Shown here piece by piece: positions 12,253 through 26,292 of a stretch of 64,000 nt of DNA; the stretch's first letter is position 1, and each line of letters opens with the position of its first letter. Where the stretch lies: positions 14,012,001 through 14,076,000 of the forward strand of contig CM106585.1 of assembly GCA_048013815.1 (NCBI GenBank). The letters are read 5' to 3'. Position numbers and translations under genes: made by a program. Below the pieces are notes generated by a model. That model was not told where the DNA came from, did not search any database, and worked only from the letters and a program-made list of their open reading frames with translations. This DNA is from Setoptus koraiensis. Lineage: Eukaryota > Animalia > Arthropoda.

Positions 12253-14211
12253 CGCAATATCTGCTCGGGCGATCAATTGTGCCAAGACATGACATGGGCC
12301 GCTTCGCTTTGTCGGCCGGGACGCCGAGATTGTTTGCGACGGGCCAATCAGCGGACAGCCTCGGCGGAGCGGCCGCCGACGGGCACACGCCGCCGACCGG
12401 GCCGGACAGCGAGCTTCATCGGCGGCGGCGGCGGCGATTGACCGGGCGAGCCAGAAGCGCCAACACGTCGCTTGTCGAATTCCTGCCCAGCGCAACTCGC
12501 CACTAAGCCTCGCTCGAGCCGCGACCGTGGAATTCTCGGCGGTTCTCTGCGACTCTCGCCGGTTCTCGGCGATTCTCGGCGACTCTCGGCGGTTCTTGCC
12601 GGTTCTCGGCGCGCCGATTCCAACAACAAGCGACAACGAGCCCGTCCAGCGGCACATAAATAGTGGCACATAAACAGGCCTGATCAGCCCAACTTGATAT
12701 ACTTTTGGCAGACGCACACACCGAGGTATTGCCGCCAGTGAGAAGTGTTGAGCCCGGACAAAATTAACATGATAAAGCCAGCGAACGAGAAGAAATTCTT
12801 TGGCCAGCTCTCGGCGCAATGGTCAGTGCGCTCTCGACGCGTTCACCTACTGCCGTCAGCACGCTGGCATCCTCTCTCGGCTAAGGCCCTGAACATGCAA
12901 GTTGAGACCCTGAACAACCGACTCAAGGCCCTAAACGACCGAGTTGAGTGCGTCGCCCCAGTGCGAACCGATCGGGGAAACCGGGCGCGCCGAAATCTGG
13001 GCAATTGGCGGCCAGTTGGGCCGACACAATGCCCCAACTGGCGAGAGTGAGTTAGGCCCAGAGAGCCATTGATCAGCTCAATAATATCGGCTCAATTGTG
13101 CGACTGTTGGCATTCGAATTTCGAATCGCTGCCAGTTGCAACGACTGAATTTCGAATCGGATTGGAGTTTCGGTGCAAGCTCGAACGCTGCCTAATGGCT
13201 CATGCTCGATGGGCATGCAACAAGCGCATGGAACCGGCAGAGAGCGCTCGCACAGGCCGCGAGAAGTGCCAAAAGAACTGCCACTGGACTGGACGAATTC
13301 GAGCAGTTCGAATTCGAACTCGAACTGCAACTGGAACTCGAATTCTTTGTGCAGTGCAACGGCAGATTCGAAATATTTCACATCGCATTGCTTTCACACG
13401 GGCACCCGGGCAGCGCCCCCACAGTGGCGACCCCCACAAGGATGTGGGTACGCCAGTGTGGCCAGTTGTTGGGGCAACGCTGCTGGTCCGAAGCCCTCGA
13501 CAGGCGCTAGATGCACTTGTTGTTGTTGTTGTTGTTGCTGTCGTTGTTGCTGTTGTTGCCGCCGTTGTTGCTGTCGTTGTCGGGCGAGATTATTCCCTAA
13601 TAAACTGGCGCTGTTGTTTGTTGCATGTGTCAGCTGTTGATATATTTGTTGTTGTTGTGTGTTTGTTGTTGTTTGACTCTTTGTCGGGCTGCCTGTTGCA
13701 ATTGTTGCCCTTGATACTGGCTGCGCACACACACACACACACACTCACGACACGTGAGTCTTGGCCGTCGGTGTTCGATCTCGATCGCATTCTTTTCGCC
13801 GCTGGCCTGGTCAGCTTTTCGCTTTTGATCCAGTGTGGTCTCTGGCCGGCCGATGCTGTCGGTCTTGCAGCGACCAGCCGGACACAGGCCGATTGTTGGC
13901 TCAATTGCGGCCAACCTGTCGCGCCGAGACACTGGCCATACCAGTGGGCAGCGTCGCTCACATGTCTGGGTATTACGTGTGCAGTCGGCCAAAAAGTCGG
14001 CCAAACAGTCGGCCAAAGCGAGCGATCTTGCCAAGCGCGCCGGGCCGATCGTGCGACTGTAATCGCCGATCGCCGGCCGCTCGAGGTCAACGAGACCGGC
14101 GGCAGGGGCGCCGCCGACGACAGCAATGACAGCGCCGGCAGCTATGACAGTTGCGAGAGCCACGGAGCGGCCCAGGGCGAGCGTGCAAGCGCGCACAAGT
14201 CAAAAGAATCA

Positions 14212-14294
14212 CGAGAATCGCGACAATCAGAAGAGAATCGCGAGAGTCAGAAGAGAATCGCGAGAGTCAGAAGAGAATCGCGAGAGTCAGAAGA
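14212..14294. repeat. 20-bp minisatellite (GAAGAGAATCGCGAGAGTCA)
   Basis: About 4 copies. Confidence 0.9.
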
Positions 14295-15257
14295 ATGGGC
14301 GCTGCGAGCTTCGAAGCCGCGGCTTCGAAGCCGCGACTCGCACAGGGCACAGGCGAGTTGTCGGTGATCTATGTGTCGCTGGCCAGGCGTGGCGTTGGCG
14401 TGTTTGCGCCATGTTTGCCCGCTTGTCTGTGCATCGCGGCCCGTCGACGAGCCGACGCGCCGACGCTTCGAATGGCCGAAGCCTCGACGGGCCGAAGCTG
14501 CGACGGGCCGCAGCCTCAAACTGTTCGAGTCGACGGTTTGAGATGTGTCGATGTGTTTGTATGTTTGCGAGTGGCCGCTCGTCGGGCATAACTGGCAACA
14601 AACAAGACGCGACAGCTCGTTTGTCATTATCGTGTCAACTCGGCTCAACAAGTTGCCCACTCGCCGCCACTTAAGCGAGCACTTGTTGAGTTTGTCGTGA
14701 AACGAGCGAGCCATTCATTTGGCCGATTTTGATTGAGATGTCAAACGGTCGCTGTGCGGCGCTCTACGGCGATACGTTTTTTATCACTGTTGCCGCTGCC
14801 ACGACGACCGATGATTATCAGCGGCCGGCCGGCAGTGCCAGTGAGGTGAATTGAGGTGGCAATTGTCGCTGCGGGCCTACACACGCTGCAAGCGCGGCCA
14901 AACGGGCAGCGGCGCTGACGCGGCCAACGGGCAGCGGCGCTGACGCGGCCGAGCGCCGACGGTGCGGCCAAACGGAGATTGGGCGGAATAAAGTGACTCC
15001 AGATCGCCGAGCCGACGTTGGAATGTCGGGCCTTGGACCCAGAGACAGAGACAAGTGCGCGGCTTGTGCCACCGCCGGCAACGGGCAACGGGCAGCGAGC
15101 GGCGGCCGGCGGCGGGCAGCGGAGGTGTGCCTGGCGCTGCACAACGCTCGCACAACGAGCTCGAGATCCTGTTGTCCGGCGCGCACAGGTGACTTGTGAG
15201 CTCTAATGGAGCTTCAAAAGTGACGAGCCGGCAACAACGGCAGCAATGACGGCAGCG

Positions 15258-15400
<143 letters not shown>

Positions 15401-15667
15401 GACAGTAGGACACACGCATTGCGAATAACTGGCAGCGAGCGGCGAGGCGCCGCCCTCATGCGCAGTCTATAAATGGTGCTCATCATCATCATCGCGGCCA
15501 TCATCGTCGTCGTCATCATGATAATGATTTAATGATCAGACGACGACCGTGATTATTGCTGCTATCATTCACCTGTGCTGCTAACTATTCTCCGCTCCGA
15601 TTCTGTTATCGGCGCATTTACACTCGGGCCGCCATTATCCGCTCTCGCCCTGCCTCTATATCGCCCA

Positions 15668-15730
15668 TGCTCACCTGTGCGGCCATGCTCACCTGTGCGG
15701 CCATGCTCACCTGTGCGGCCATGCTCACCG
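15668..15730. repeat. 18-bp minisatellite (CATGCTCACCTGTGCGGC)
   Basis: About 3.5 copies. Confidence 0.9.
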
Positions 15731-18253
15731 GTGTACAGGTGAGCATAGCTCTATATGGCATTCGAACGGCATCTCTGCGGCGTCTGTGTGGCATTTATGC
15801 GGCCGACAGGTAACTCGAGAACTAGTCAATTGCTCATCATTAGCTTGTTGCTTTATGACCTCGCTGCGCGTCGCCGCCGTTCGGCAGCCTCTGTCCCGCT
15901 GACTGGCCCGACCCGACCCGACCCGCTCCGACCCGCTCGCTCGCTTGCCCGTCCCACCGCTAACTGCGCCCCGTGCGCCACCCGTAACGGTCCACGCGGC
16001 CAACTTGCGCGCTTCCTGTGCCGGTGCGCGCTGTTACGTGGTGCCAGTGGTGCCAGTGGTGCCAGTGGTGCCAGTGGTGGCGGCTAGTGCGGGCACCGGC
16101 CGCTAGGGCCCGCACTAGCCAGTTGGTGCCGGTGGCCCGCACTCACAATAATATTGTCAGCACAATAATGATGTTAATCATGACAGTGTAGCGGCCAGTC
16201 GGGCAGTGCACACGAATAGAGTTTTGTATTTTGCACCGGCCAAAAAATTGCACCGTGCGTGCTGCGCCACAATAGGGCCGGGCCGCGGCTGTCATCGCGG
16301 GTCGGCCCGCGTGCCATGATTAAAGAGTTGCCACCAGCGGCCAGCGCGGCCCGGCCCGGCCCCATTAGCCGCGGCACACAGCGAGACGGTCGTGTCGTGC
16401 TGTTGTTGTTGTCGCTGTTTGTGCCGCGGGCTCGTGACAAGTGATAAGTGATTGATTATTGCAGCAACTGTTGTGTTCTTTTTGTTCCGATGATTAGATA
16501 TTTACGGCGCTGCTGCTAATAACTGGCCGATACATGATTGAGTTGTCAGCGTGTTCGGGCGGCCACTTCGGGCGGCCGTTCGGGCCGGGCAGCGCGTTGG
16601 ACAGGTCAGGCACAAAAGCGCACAAAGTGCGCCGCTAGCCAGTTTGCGCCAGGTCGCCGGGCACCGGCAAGAGGCCCGCGACTTGCGATTTTGCAAGTTG
16701 CCACAACTAAGTGTGTGGCCCGCCGTAAACGAGCCCGTACCCGCGCTCGCTGTTGGCTCGTTTGGGTGGGCGTGTAACTGATTAATTGTTGTTATTGTCT
16801 GTTTGTTTCCTATGCGCTATGGCGTGGCTCGTTCTCGCTCGTGTGTGTTCTGCTGCGCCACTCGAGCGGAGGCCGGGCCGGCCGAAGCCGGCGGACCGAC
16901 GCAGCCGACGCAGCCGACGCGGCCGATGAGGCCGCCGAAGCCGGAGAAGCCAACGAAGCCAACAAGTCCAACGAAGCCGCCGAAGCCCACGAGTCCAACG
17001 AAGCCGGAGAAGCCGCGAGCGGACCGGGCAAGCGCATGCAAGCAAACATAAACAAACAAACAAAAGAAATGCCTCCATTTCGGCTGATATCTCAATAATA
17101 GCCACTGAATGGTCAGCAATAATCAAGCGGCCATTCCATCATTGGCCGTGCCAGTCGCCGGTTGGCTGCCGGCGCTGCCAACGCGAGCGTTCGACGGCGA
17201 ACGTTCGCATGCAAGGCCGCGAACAAATTTAGTTTCTGTCCGCTGGCTCTCGAACACACACACACACACACAAAGTTAACCTATTTATATGACGAGATGA
17301 GGTATTCCAGCCGAGAGAGCAGCACGCTTGAGAAGATACAAACTACGGCCGCACAAGCCAGCGAAACATTCTAATTACATTCTCATCGAGTCGTCGCTTT
17401 GCACGGCCAGCCCACGGCCAGCGCCGGTCAGCCATTGGTGGCCGTAGCGCGCCGAAGCCCACAACAAGTGATCGAGTGCGCACCATTTGCAGCTTGGGTC
17501 TTTCCAGCCGCGCCGAAGCGCGCAGGAATTCGTCGGTGCGAGTTCGAGCCAATAGCGCTCCAATTGGAGCGTCGCATTCTCGCCGTTCGCTCGAACTCGC
17601 CATTGCAATTGCCAACTTTTAACTGCGCCAACTGCCCATTTCGAACTGGCCATTTCGAACCGGCCATTTCGAACTGCCAATTTCGAATTTCGAACTTCGA
17701 ACGTGTGTGTGTGCTCAAGTTGAAACGAGTTCGCTGCCGGCCAAAGTCAATTGCACTCGAACGAATTGCACTAACTAGAATCGTGACTCTAGTTAGCGGT
17801 TAATGAGCGCTCCTACACACAAACAAACTATTGTAACCATGGCACCACCATTGCAACTGTTGTGCCCATCGGTGCGTATGTGCGCATATAGGCCCCCTAC
17901 CGGTCGGGCGCCGTATCTACAAATTGACGCATTTCGTCGGCAAATTGGCGCATTTCGTCGGCAAATTGGATTGCATCAGATCTTCAACGGGCAGCAACGC
18001 GTTGATTGTCGGTGCAATACGACAACCAATGTGTGCACACTGTCGTTTCTCCGACAGAATTTTGCACAAACGTTTCGAAGCGTGCATTTGCAACAGGTGA
18101 GAAGCGCGAAAGAATCAAGTTCTATGGAACGTGCAAAGGTGTTCTAGTTGGGAGGTGCAACGGTGTTCAAGTTGAGAGGTGCGAAAGTGTTCTGGTTTAA
18201 AGTTGCAAAAGTTTAGTTCAAGCGCATAGTGCAAGGTGGCGGGGTCTACTCAC

Positions 18254-19033
18254 TGGCATATGTATTCGCCTATGGCGTCCAAGAATGAGCACGTTCCGTT
18301 GTTGAGACAATAGGCGTCGTTCACCTCGGGCCGGCACGGCCTGCCTATGGGCGATTCGACGCTAGGCGACAACGACGACGTAATATCCGTTTGCAGGGCT
18401 ATGGCAGTTGCTGTTGCTGGCGTGTTGTCGGCCGTTGTTGTTGTTGTTGTTGTTGCTGTTGTTGCCGCTGTCATTGTGACATTGTTGTTGGCTACAGCCA
18501 CCAGTGGCCGTTGCGTTGTTGTTGTCGATGTTGTGGCCAGTCGTTCGTTTGTTTGCTGGCTAGAAGTTGAGTATTTGATAAAATCGTCATTGTCATTGTG
18601 CTCCTGCTGATGATTATTATGATTAATATTATGATGATTGTGATTATGCAATGTCCGATGGCCAGTCTGATTGGACGCTGAGTTGCTGTGATGACCACTG
18701 TATGATGAAATCGCACTTGCGTTGTCGGTATTATTATTGGCACTGTCATTGTCATTACTGGCACCATTTGAGCCGCTTCTGTGGCCCGATTGGCCCCAAT
18801 CGGCCGCCAACCGGGAATGGGCGCTGCTGCCGTTGCTGGCCGTCGTCGTGCCCGTCGGGCTACCCATTGGGCTACCCACTGGGTATATTATCACTTTGAA
18901 GGCACCGATGGCGGGCTCACGGGCCACCACGTTCATGGCGCGGCATTCGTACAGGCCGGTGTCGTTTCGCTCTGACACCTGCTCTATGTCGAGTCGCGCA
19001 AACCGATAGTAGAGCTTGTGCTCGCGCTTGGCC
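18254..19033 (-). CDS. vn: vein/neuregulin-like exon 3: end of Ig domain, low-complexity linker, first half of EGF domain
   Basis: Contains DTGLYECRAMN (Ig F strand) and PCRPEVNDAYCLNNGTCSFLDAIGEYIC. Acceptor gatcAG at 19034 and donor TGCCA|GTgagt between EGF Cys4 and Cys5, the usual intron site in EGFR-ligand genes. Confidence 0.92.
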
Positions 19034-19071
19034 CTGATCACATGATCCAAAATGACAGTTGACAATTCGAC

Positions 19072-19138
19072 AGTGACAGTTGCAGTGACAATTCGGGTGA
19101 CAGTTGCAGTGACAATTCGGGTGACAGTTGCAATGACA
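19072..19138. repeat. 24-bp tandem repeat in the short vein intron 2
   Basis: gtgacagttgcagtgacaattcgg, about 3 copies. Confidence 0.85.
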
Positions 19139-19249
19139 CATGAGCGCATGTCGACAAAAATATGAATCAGTCAGTTTGTTAGTATTGGCATAATTTGGCA
19201 TCATTTGGGCATTGTTATTATATCAGCTGTTGTTCAATTGGCGACTTAC

Positions 19250-19481
19250 TTGGTGGTGGTCATCCTGAAGCGATTGGGCCGGTTCTTGATGGGCTTGCCG
19301 TTGCGGAACCACAGTATCCACGGTTTGGGGTGACCGAAAATCTTGCACTGCAAACGGAGCCTCTTGTTGGACTGTTGCCTCACCAACAGAAGCTGGTTGT
19401 TGCTGTTGATGGTCTGCTGATGGTGCACGGCCGCCAGTGTGTCCGACGTGCTGCTAACGGTCTCGATGCGGGGCTCCTTGG
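19250..19481 (-). CDS. vn: vein/neuregulin-like exon 2: first part of Ig domain
   Basis: AKEPRIE...LRLQCKIFGHPKPWILWFRNGKPI is an I-set Ig pattern. Flanked by caacAG and GTaagt; phase 1 in, phase 2 out. Confidence 0.92.
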
Positions 19482-22400
19482 CTGTTGTTGTACAGTTATG
19501 CAAATGCAAAACAGTTATGCAACGATACAAATATTGAGATGTTGGTATCAAATATTGAGACATTGAGATCAAACATTGAGCTACTGGGAAAGGTGAGTGA
19601 CTTGCGGTGACTCGTGGCGGATTACGCTCGAGTTGGTGTTTGCATTGTTTGCGCTGCGACTCGCAATGATTCGCAATGAGGTGTTTGTGAGCCTAATACA
19701 CTGATTTGTTTGGTGAGCTGGTGTTTGTTTGCCAAGTGGGCCACCTTATTATAATGATACAAACAACAACAACAACAACTGACCCCTGTCAACTGCGCCG
19801 TTGTCATCATAATAATACGGCCATTATAGCTAATAATCAACAAGTGGCAACAACAAGTGAACAAGCGAGCGCAAACAAGGTGTCACCTGTGGATGGCGGT
19901 GCCAGCGCTGCCGATCAACAGGGCAAACACCACAATCATCCAGTGACAAGCCAATGAATACCAATGAACACTGGCTACAGTGTCATTATCACATGGCAAA
20001 TATTTGCCCGCCACCAGGGGCGCATCGGTGACACAGTGGGGCACAGTGATTGTATTGATGGGTGATAGGTAAACAGCGCACGAGCGCACCAGGTAAATAT
20101 TATCACTGGCATTATAATAACGCAAATAACGTTTTTGTTGACTCGACCGTCTCGAGTTGAGCGGCGTCGAGTGGCCGCTGGTCGCGAGTAGCCGGCTCGC
20201 GACCAGTTTTGTCGCAAAGTCGAGAAAGGCGAGTGGCACCGATAGCCATCTTAATTGAATTGACTAATTGAATTCTCGAGAATCGAGGCGAAATTCTTTT
20301 GTCGATCACTATCGACGATATCACATCATCACAACGTCGCGTTTGGCACTGGCGTGTCTGTATTAGTGTATCTCATAATCAGCATTTGATGGATCTGGCG
20401 AGTTTTTGCATAAATTAGCCGATAATGATGTGCGGCCTGTGCGACATCTCAAACTGGCCGACTGTGACTCACAATTTGTGACTCACAACTTGCCCTCGTG
20501 AGGGCCCTCGATCGAGCGATAACTTATCGCCGATAAGCGACGCTGCAACTCGCTATACGGCACACAAAAATACCACCGATAACGTCGGCTCGGCCCCGTT
20601 ACACACGACGCTGTCGTGTGGATCGGGGGATCGCTGGCCCGAGCTGCCGTCGAGCCTGTTGTGACTCACAACTTGTGATCGGGTGACAGCCAGACAACAA
20701 CAACGTGACACTTGCACACTTTGAGCCAGCTTCGAAACTTGGCCAACGCTCAAACTTGGCTCGCAGTTGTTGTTCGGCCGACTGCACCGCTTACCTGTAG
20801 AGTGGCCGGCGTTCAGTTTGCAAACTAAATTGCCAGCGCCAATCGAACACAAACAATTGTAACTGGTGCTGCCAACTGTCACTTGCAACGCCGACCACAT
20901 GCGGCGCTGTCGAAGCCGCCGAAGCTGTCGAACACAACAAAAATGGTGCCAACGCGCGATAGTTGACATTCCAATCTGGTTTTTGTCACTTGGTCCGTTA
21001 CTTTTTGCCGGGCTCGCGCTGCTGACCAGTGGCCAACAGTTGCACTGCATACAGTAATGAGATGTGTCTATAGGCCTGACACAGATTGCGACTGGAGGCT
21101 AGAAAGCTCAGTCAGTTGGCAGACTCTGACAGTCAGACTCCGACAGTCAGACTCTGACAGTCGGACTCTGACAGTCAGAGGCAGCGAGCAAAGAGACGCA
21201 CCTACAGCGCCGCTGATATAGATGTCGCGTCGAGTGTCACCTCTAGGTGTAGCCGCTTGTGCCAATTGCGCCACCTATTCCTAATTATCGCTAATGATGG
21301 CAACTTTGTCCGTCTTACTCGGCCGCCATTGTGCCGCTCGCCACTGGCGGCCACCAAATCGGCTGGCCAGATCGCAATTGAGCCAATTCAATTGGCACAG
21401 GCGGCTAATTGCGCGCCCAATCGTCTGCTCAATTCAATTGATTGTGGGAACTGTGCGCGCCCGCAATTAATCAATTAATTGCCCACTGTCGGCGCGCACC
21501 GACAGGCGAAACTGTCAGCTCAAAGTCTGACAAACTGTGACAAGTGCCCGGTCACCTTTCGGCGGCCGCTCGTCGCCCGGGCAACCCGTTGCAGCAGCTG
21601 ATTTGAGTATCGCCAACAATCGGCCAACAATTGGCCTACGATTGGCCTACAATTGGCTGCGATATTCAAATTAGCTGCACGCTCAGATTCACACCAACAC
21701 TTGGCTGCTCGCTGTGCCTGCTCGAGTGGCTGCCATCGGCACAGGCCGTTAGCGCCCGCGAGTCGGGCCTAATGAGTCATTAGCGACGAGACACACACAC
21801 GAGGGGCACAGGGCACAGTGAACGCGCACCGCCAAATGCGCTCCGGGCTACGCTCGCGCGAAAGCCGCCAGCATAGCAGCGCTCACCTGTGCGCGCTGTG
21901 AGACTGACGCAGAGTGCGCACTGTGAGACTGAAAAGAGTGCGCACTGTGCACAGGTGAGCTACGTGGCACACTCTCTGCGGCCCTTTGCAGCGCCACAAC
22001 TGACCAGTGGCCACACGCGCGTCACAGCAACTTGCAACAGAGCGGCGGCGGCGGTCAGCTCGTCGGGCAGCGGCCTCGGGCCGCGCTAATGGCCGACAGG
22101 TAATAATGGGCGGTTGATGGGGCGCAATCATTAGTGGCGGACACGATGGCGGACGCAGTGATGTATTGTCGCTGCTGAGACTGCTCGTTAATAATTGCGA
22201 CGCGTTGTGCCACTCGCACTTGGTTGCTTGCTGTTGGGCTCACCAGCGGCCAAACGCTGGCCGGTTGTTTGGCATAATGAGCGCCGATGCTGCCGGACTC
22301 TCGGATCGCCGCACTGCGCGACTGTCGGGTGCCCGAGGAGCGCGCCCGACAGCCCGCACCCGAAGCGCGCCCGACAACCCGCACCCGCGCGCGCGCGCTG

Positions 22401-24960
22401 TCCAGGCCGACCGACGCAATTGGGCAGCGCACCGCCGAGGAATGCCGCTGACGATGCGCACAGAAATGCGAGTTATGTACCTGTTGCTGTTGTGCAATGT
22501 TGTTGGCTCGTTTGACTGTGCCGGCCGAAACAGGAAGCTGCAGCACAGCATATTGTTGTTTGCTTGTTTGCCGTTTATGGCCGCTGGCCGCTTCGGCCAA
22601 CTTGGGCCGCTTTGTTGTGTTTGCATTGTTGGCCAACAAACGGGCTTGTTTGCATGTTGCGCCATAACCACAACAGCGGCAACAACAGCGGCAACAACAA
22701 CGACGACGACGACGACGACGGCAACAACAATGCGGATGTGACCACCTCTCAGAGCTGTGAGCGATGCGCATCAGGTGCATCGGCGGCGGCGAGTCGGTGG
22801 TTGGCGCTGTCGTTGGTCGGAGTTATCGTGAGCGTTATGAGCGTTGCAGTCGGTTGCTGTAGCGTCCAGTTGGCGGGGCGCGTTGCTAGGCAACTGGATC
22901 CCCGCTCAGGCCGCTCGCCCGATCGGCACGCTCACAATTATCGGCGCTCGGCCCGAGCGCGCTGCCACGCCGGGCACACCCAGCCGTCGAGCGAGCCAAA
23001 CGATCCCGAGCCGAACCGTTCAACGGAGCCGAGCCGCTCACCGAAGCTCAGCCGCTCGAAGCCGCTCGAAGCCGAACCATTTGAAGTTGTGCCGCGAGCG
23101 AGCTCGCGCCCGAACAAACAACAAATATCCCACTGTCCGTATCGGTGTGCCGGTGGCGCTGGTGCGCCGGATCGGACACAAACAATGGCGACCGCTCTTT
23201 GGCTGCCAGCGAGCGGCCAGCGAGCGCCGGCCGACGGGCGACGGGCGAAATAATAATGGCAATCCAAATAGGACATTTGGTCACATCGGGCAAACCTATT
23301 CGCTGCTGAGCGGACCTGCGCGGCGCGGCGCGCCGACAGCTTGCGAGACCGGCCAACTTTGGCCGGCCCGGCCGCGAATTGTGCGCCCTTGCGCGCCAAA
23401 GTGGCCAAGTGCGCTATTGGTGGCCGGCGTGGCAGCGTGTCGCGTTTGCCGACACCCGCTAACTGGGCCGGCCAGATCCGCCTGCCACCGAGCAAACGGA
23501 TTGTCGCCCAACAATCTGGCCAATCCGTTGCGAGCGCGAATCGCGAATTGCGAACCTCGAATTTCGAATTTCGAACTTCGATAGGCGAACCTCGAACCTC
23601 GAATTGCGACTCGCGAACTGCGAGCTGCGAACTTGGAATCGCGAACCGCGAATGCCGAGTCGTGCCCAGCGGTGCCAACAATGCCCAACAAGGCGACCTC
23701 CGACTGTTTCTCTGTATGCGCGTGCTCGTGCCGCCATCGCCGGCCAACTATCGCTGCCGGCCCCAATGTCGCGCTAATGAAGGCGCGAATGGATGGGACA
23801 ATTATACACACACACACACACACACACACATTATCATTATCCCATAGATCCCGCAGTCGGCCACTGCGGAATCTGTGCGCGACAATGGGAACGGACACAA
23901 TTGATGCGCCGGCCGGTGATACAATGCGGGCGAACTCTTCACTTCTTTTCGAGCACCTTTCACCGGGCCACCATATAGGCACTCGATCGGCGCGTCAGAT
24001 TGTCAGATCAATACGTACACACATAAATCGGCTGAAATTAACCGCTAATTCCAGCCGATTTGATACTATTTACCTCGCTGTCTGGCTTCACTGCGCACTT
24101 TACGGGATAGAGTGGACACTGTGGAGTCGATAAAAAGTATCGCTGGCGCGAGTGGGCACTCTCGCCGCCGATAATGGCCCATGGTCATGTTGATATATGG
24201 CCGATATATGGCCGATATATAGCCGATATATAGCCGATATATAGCGGCGATATAGCGATGTGTGTATGTATGCGGCGGTGCCCATCGCGCGCCGGACAAT
24301 GGACACCGCACAATAAACGCTCGCTGCCAGCGGAACAATGGCATTTTTGTGCCGGCCGGGCACAGCCGGGCACGCTGGCTTGGCGCAGCGTGCCTCGCTG
24401 CCCTGCAAATCACACGTTGCTGGCGGTGACGGTGACGATGCGGCCAGTAACGAATATGCACTGAATATGCACTGAATATGCGCTGAATATGCAGGCGACC
24501 AGTGGTGCCCAACCGCTGCGGTGCCGATGGGGGCGAGCTGTGCCGCGCCACTCGGCACAGTGGGTCGGCCCGGGCGCAGCGGACAGGCACTGCGAGCGAG
24601 CTGGCAAAGGTGAGAGATTGTGACAATCGCGTCAGCGGCTCGAACGGGGGCCGGCCGCGGGTAATGGCAGCAAAGATGACAACAGTCACTAGATAATATC
24701 GCTGGCCAGCGACAACACAAACACTCGAGCCGGCCAATCAGCGGACGGCGGCGCTGCCGACAGTCAATAGAAGTCCGATAATAATAACAACACAACAATA
24801 ACAAGATGCCGAGAACTCGGGAATTCCTTTGTGCTGGCGGGCGCGGGCCGGCGCTGGTCGGCGCTGGTCGGTGCTGGCCGGTGCTGGCCGGTGCTGGCCG
24901 GACCGGCAGCGCGAGGCAGCGAGGGCGATCGAGGGCGATCGAGAGCGATTGAGAGCGATT

Positions 24961-24991
<31 letters not shown>

Positions 24992-26205
24992 GTGAGCGAG
25001 AGTAAAGAAGTGTCAAGTTTTTTGTCATCGGCGCGTTATCATTGCCATCTAGCCCTGACCGTTGTGCGCTGCCCGCGGACTTGTCGGGTCGCCCCCGCAA
25101 GCGCCAATAACGCACACGCTGCCGTGAGTGATATTTCACTCGGACAGGCTCAACTTGAGCCTGTCCAGTGTTTGTTGAGTGCGCCCAGTTGTGTGTCGCA
25201 GGCCATTGAGCCGCTCAATTGGATGGAGTAGCGCACGACAATCAAATGGTCAAGTAAATATTGCCGGCCGTGGGTCACTGGCCACTAGACAATTATTAGC
25301 GCCGTCAAACGGGCCGAGCGGGCCAAGCGGGCCAAATGGGCCAAATGGGCGCTCACCGCACGTACCCCGCACCCTGCGCGTACCTCTGCACGAGGAATGG
25401 CTGTGGCGAGGAATAAAACCGGACCAAATTGGCCAGTGGTCAGTCGACAGCGGTCGGTCGGCAGCGGTCAGTCGGCAGTGGCCAGTCGGCGGTGGACGGT
25501 CGGCAGCGGACAGTGGCCGTCGCCGGTACGTGGAGCTGACACGCTGACACAACTATTTATTGGGCGCATTCCCGGGCAGCTTGCAACGCTCGGGCAGCCC
25601 GGCCGGGCTCAGGTGAATCGTCAGCGGGCCGCAGCAAGCAACGAGCGGTTGTCAGTGGCCGCGATTGTGCGCCGCACCGTTGTCAAATGGCCGGCCGCAA
25701 CGGGCCGGCGTGCATCAGCGGCCAATATAAGCGCCTTAGCGCGCACAAACATTTTGAGAGGACATTTTGTTTCAAACGGGCTTCCAATGGCCGCTGCCAA
25801 TGATGATTAAATGATGCATTTAAATTGTGCGTCTCTCACCGTTTCAACCTGATACCTGAGCGTGGCGCGTTGTCGCCCGAATGGAAATGGAAATAAAAAT
25901 AATAATAATAATAATTCTTCCAACAGGCCGAGAGTTATTTTATTTGAGTTCGCGCGCCATTGTGGAGAGCGCACCAGAGCAGCATCATTAGCTCGAGTGC
26001 GAGCTTCATCGATTCGCCACGCACTGGCCAGCGGTCAGGTTCTCTGGGCTGCGGCCCCGCGGACCGTGGGTCACGGACCACTCCAGCGCTGCCGGGCCCG
26101 CCAGGGGCCGGCCAAGCCGTCAACGTGCAATGATAGATGTGTGCGGGGGTGTTGTGGTGTGGTTGCACCGTTGCGGGCACGACAGGTCGGCCGGCCGACT
26201 GGAGC

Positions 26206-26292
26206 ACGGGCCGACTGTAGAGCGGGCCGTCTGTAGAGCGGGCCGACTGTAGAGCGGGCCGTCTGTAGAGCGGGCCGACTGTAGAGCGGGCC
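26206..26292. repeat. 16-bp minisatellite (CTGTAGAGCGGGCCG[A/T])
   Basis: About 5 copies with alternating A/T. Confidence 0.9.

Noticed and set aside
12745-13050. Plus-strand ORF with coiled-coil-like ALNMQVETLNNRLKALNDRVE
   Set aside because: Explained by a local imperfect duplication; starts at GTG and has no recognisable homology.
17345-17372. CFAGLCGRS on the minus strand as the missing EGF C-half
   Set aside because: Wrong splice phase and no C-x8-C/GxRC pattern. The exon at 5569-5626 fits exactly.
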